This document shows positions 61,090 to 64,000 of a stretch of 64,000 nucleotides of DNA, one piece after another. Source of the stretch: Alphaproteobacteria bacterium (GTDB lineage: Bacteria > Pseudomonadota > Alphaproteobacteria > UBA828); assembly GCA_963667785.2 (NCBI GenBank), contig CAXXMU010000005.1:288001-352000 (forward strand), written 5' to 3'. Each line of letters begins with the position of its first letter. Within the stretch, counting starts at the first letter, position 1. The notes under the pieces are model-generated. The model was not told where the DNA came from and did no database searches. It saw nothing but the letters and a program-made list of their open reading frames with translations. The position numbers were made by a program, and so were the translations under genes.

Positions 61090-63230
61090 GCGACGCTGAC
61101 GGCGATGGCGCTGCCATGTTCAAGCCGTTGAGCGACGCGGAGCGCCAACGAGCAGACCAAGCCGCGCCCGCCGACAGAGACCAGGACCCCCAACCAATCG
61201 TACCGGTTCTGGCTGACGCGCCCACCCCGAACTGGCACCAACTGCGCCCAGAGGAAGCCATGGGTGCCCCGGTCAATTGGTGGACCTACTTCACAGAGGA
61301 TGGCGCCATCGCCTTCCATGTGGTGCGGTGGAAGCACAAGGATCCGCAAGAGCGCGACGTCATCCGCCCGGTCACGTGGTGCCGGCTTCCCAATGAGCAC
61401 ACGCGTTGGCTGTGTAGAGCAATGCAGGCACCGCGCCCGCTCTACGACCTGCCGGACTTGATCGAATCCACCTCAAGGCTGGTCGTTGTCGTCGAGGGCG
61501 AGAAATGCGCCGACGCGGCGGCCCGTGTCTTTCCCGACTGCATCGTCACGACCTGGGCCGGCGGTTCGAAGGCGTGGGCGAAGACGGACTGGCGGCCGCT
61601 CACTGGCCGCGAAATCCTGTTGGTGTCGGATGCCGATGATACGGGCCGCGCCGCGATGCACGAGCTCGCAGCACGCTTGGCGGCAATGGAGTGCACCGTG
61701 CGCCTCTACCTGCCAGAAGGCGACGACGGCTACGACATTGCGGATGCCGTGAACCAACAGGACCAACATGACTTAGAGAAAATGCGCGACCGAATTGAGG
61801 CGCGATCGATACCGTGGGAGCCCGTAGTCTTGGCCACGCCAAACATCAAGGATAACGCTACGTGGCAAAATGAACTCATCGAGCGGATGACCAGCGGTGA
61901 CCTGGATGCAATCGCGAAGCCAGAAACCATTGCCAAGTTGCACGCTCTCCAAGAGAGCAGCCGGCTCAGCGCCGAGCTCTTGCGGGCCAAGCTCTCGGCT
62001 ATCCCCAAGGTGCGGGTGACCTTCCTAGACGCAGCGTTTGGTACAAAGCGCGGCGCTGGTAATGGCGTCAAGCTACAGGGTCAGCTCGTGGAATGGCCTG
62101 AGGTTGTACCTTGGCCCGAAGCGGTTGACGGCCCCGCGTTGCTCGCGGAAATAGCTCGACTGTTTCGCTATTACGTGAGTCTACCGAACGGCGGTGCGGA
62201 AGCGTTGGCGCTATGGACACTCTACGCTTGGGCATTTGAAGCCTTTGGAGTGTGCCCAAACCTGATGATTACAGCGCCGGAACGTGAGAGCGGCAAGACG
62301 CGGGTTACGGAGCTCTTGTCGTGGATAGTCCCACGACCGAATCCAGTGAGCGACGCTTCGGTGGCAGTAATCATCAGGGGCATCGAACGGAACCGCCCCA
62401 CTTTGATAATCGATGAGGCACAGCATTTCTTGAGGCGCCGGCCGGACGATCCGATACGAGGCATTCTTCTTGCGAGCTTCAGTCGGCGATTCGCCATTGT
62501 GGAACGATGTGAAGGCGACAATCACGAACCACGCCGCTTTTCAACTTTTACCCCGAAGGCGATGAACGGTCGCAAGCTCGTTTCTCTAGATGACATGCTG
62601 ACTTCTCGATCCGTAGTCATTCCCTTGACCCGCGCAAGAAAGCGTTACCCGGACCTGAGGGCAGATCGTGACCCCGTCGGCGAGGATCTTCGTCGCAAGT
62701 GCGCTCGTTGGCGCGACGACAACATAACGGCGCTCAGTGACGCTGATCCCGACATGGGCGAACTGTTCGGGCGCATCGCCGATGTGTGGCGACCGCTGTT
62801 CGCCATCGCCGACACCGCCGGGGGCGCTTGGCCGCGCCTGGCGCGTCACACGGCAACGACACTGGCGAACCAGACGTCCGCAATCGCACCGGGCGACACG
62901 CTGGGCGTGCAGCTTCTCAAAGACATCCGCCAAGTGTTTGCAGTTCGAGGCGACCCTGATCAAATCCCGACGACCGATCTCGATCACGCGCTTTGCACCA
63001 TGCCAGAACGCCCATGGGAGACCTTGAGAAACGGCAAGCCGATGACATCGCAAAAACGCGGCAAGATGCTCACCGACTATGGCATTCGCACGAACAAGGC
63101 CCGTGATGGCGAGAGGACGCGGAACGTCTATCTGAAATCGGCGTTCGAAACCGCTTGGAAAGCGTGGCTGCAAGACGCGCCTGTCTCAGAACCGGAACAC
63201 CGGAACAATGGCCTCGAATCAAGTAGTTAG
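61086..63230 (+). CDS. Toprim primase fused to a DUF3631-type P-loop helicase
   Basis: RPLY, VVVVEGEKCADA, TTWAGG, DADDTG (Toprim); PWPEAVDG, APERESGKT (Walker A), LIIDEA (Walker B), DVWRPL..IAD.AGG.WP. Confidence 0.85.
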   Translation: MSDADGDGAAMFKPLSDAERQRADQAAPADRDQDPQPIVPVLADAPTPNWHQLRPEEAMGAPVNWWTYFTEDGAIAFHVVRWKHKDPQERDVIRPVTWCRLPNEHTRWLCRAMQAPRPLYDLPDLIESTSRLVVVVEGEKCADAAARVFPDCIVTTWAGGSKAWAKTDWRPLTGREILLVSDADDTGRAAMHELAARLAAMECTVRLYLPEGDDGYDIADAVNQQDQHDLEKMRDRIEARSIPWEPVVLATPNIKDNATWQNELIERMTSGDLDAIAKPETIAKLHALQESSRLSAELLRAKLSAIPKVRVTFLDAAFGTKRGAGNGVKLQGQLVEWPEVVPWPEAVDGPALLAEIARLFRYYVSLPNGGAEALALWTLYAWAFEAFGVCPNLMITAPERESGKTRVTELLSWIVPRPNPVSDASVAVIIRGIERNRPTLIIDEAQHFLRRRPDDPIRGILLASFSRRFAIVERCEGDNHEPRRFSTFTPKAMNGRKLVSLDDMLTSRSVVIPLTRARKRYPDLRADRDPVGEDLRRKCARWRDDNITALSDADPDMGELFGRIADVWRPLFAIADTAGGAWPRLARHTATTLANQTSAIAPGDTLGVQLLKDIRQVFAVRGDPDQIPTTDLDHALCTMPERPWETLRNGKPMTSQKRGKMLTDYGIRTNKARDGERTRNVYLKSAFETAWKAWLQDAPVSEPEHRNNGLESSS

Positions 63231-63319
63231 TGCCTTGGCAATTTGGAACATACATTCGCGAGTGTTCCGGTTCCCCTGTCCCTTAACAGGTTGAATTTCA
63301 ACAACTGTTCCGGTGTTCC
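63188..63319. repeat. Convergent GGAACA/TGTTCC repeats, putative replication origin
   Basis: GGAACACCGGAACA (63194-63207) and its exact reverse complement (63306-63319), plus copies at 63245 and 63263. Confidence 0.65.
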
Positions 63320-63487
63320 AGTCCTTAACCGTGGGGAGCTGGGAGCGTGACCTCGCCCGTGTTGCCGATCTGCGACGGGGTGCAGCCCCCGAACGCTCGG
63401 GACTTATACGCCTAACTAGTGTCCTGCTTCCGAAGTTCGCGTGATTTCGGTGCGGACGTCCGACCTGCACGAGCCGTCCAATTTCAT

Positions 63488-63510
63488 CGTCATGCCCGGA
63501 CTTGTTCCGG
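63488..63510. repeat. Half REP element
   Basis: CGTCATGCCCGGACTTGTTCCGG is the exact reverse complement of 4846-4868. Confidence 0.7.
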
Positions 63511-63856
63511 ACTCGTTTGCCAACCTAGCCAAACGCCGACCCCCGCCGCCTGTTGCCGTCCACACTGCTATAAGTCACTGTATCATATAGAATTTGCTGG
63601 TGTCCACCGGTCCTTTTCTCCTTGAACCGCCGCCACGGATCGTCTCAAATTGCCCCCGATTTGCTGTCGCTCGATTCCGGTTTGATGACTGGATTTCGGG
63701 CGCAACCGGCGATGGCGGAATTCCGTTCGGTCACGCGGTGATGGAAAGGGAGGAAGAGGCCAGCGGCTCCAGGGGTGGCGAGACGGAGCCCGGAGTTTCC
63801 GTCGACTTCCTCATCATCGCCATCCCTCGGACGAACGCCTTCGGGGAGAGAAAACC

Positions 63857-64000
63857 ATGCCGAAGCGCAGTACCCTCAGACTGACCAAGCGGATTGTGGA
63901 CGGGCTCAAGGCCGACGGCAAGGACGCCATCTTCTGGGACCGCGACCTTGCCGGCTTCGGCGTGCGGGTGCATGCCACGGGACGCAAGCTCTATATCGTC
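63857..64000 (+). CDS. Second tyrosine integrase, N-terminal arm-binding domain (continues beyond window)
   Basis: MPKRSTLRLTKRIVDGLKADGKDAIFWDRDLAGFGVRVHATGRKLYIV. Confidence 0.85.
   Translation, partial: MPKRSTLRLTKRIVDGLKADGKDAIFWDRDLAGFGVRVHATGRKLYIV

Larger units (their letters stand above)
58116..63480 (+). mobile_element. Minimal P4/PICI-like integrative satellite element (right boundary approximate)
   Basis: Gene order att, integrase, orphan, AlpA, primase N-domain, Toprim/helicase, iteron-like repeats. Confidence 0.72.

Overview
High-GC bacterial chromosomal window; gene content, REP-type repeats and the FixLJ/smo/zwf-pgl-edd genes suggest Alphaproteobacteria. (1) 1-3.7 kb: GMC oxidoreductase (runs off the left edge), type III glutamine synthetase/GmaS-like gene, SDR, and tRNA-Arg(CCG). 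(2) About 3.7-35.8 kb: a mosaic, partly decayed accessory region. It holds an orphan protein with an SSB-like DDDIPF tail, a TonB-dependent receptor, an internally deleted IS1595-family element carrying a frameshifted DNA methyltransferase-HNH fusion with a G12 tract, several surface lipoproteins, an MmeI-like type IIL R-M gene coupled to an orphan, several pseudogenes, BCCT plus PotD-like SBP, an S8 protease, a FixL-FixJ-Crp/Fnr module and a cytochrome P450. (3) 36-56.5 kb: intact catabolic block with a glucose-type ABC transporter plus GMC, edd-pgl-zwf, PfkB kinase, mtlK, smoKGFEC, HAD, GFA and a class III aminotransferase. (4) 58.1-64 kb: a minimal satellite-like integrative element (tRNA-Ser-type att core, P4-like integrase, orphan, AlpA, primase-helicase, iteron-like repeats) followed by the start of a second integrase. 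No CRISPR array or rRNA was seen. All calls come from reading motifs by eye; no database searches were run, and single-base frameshifts could be assembly errors.
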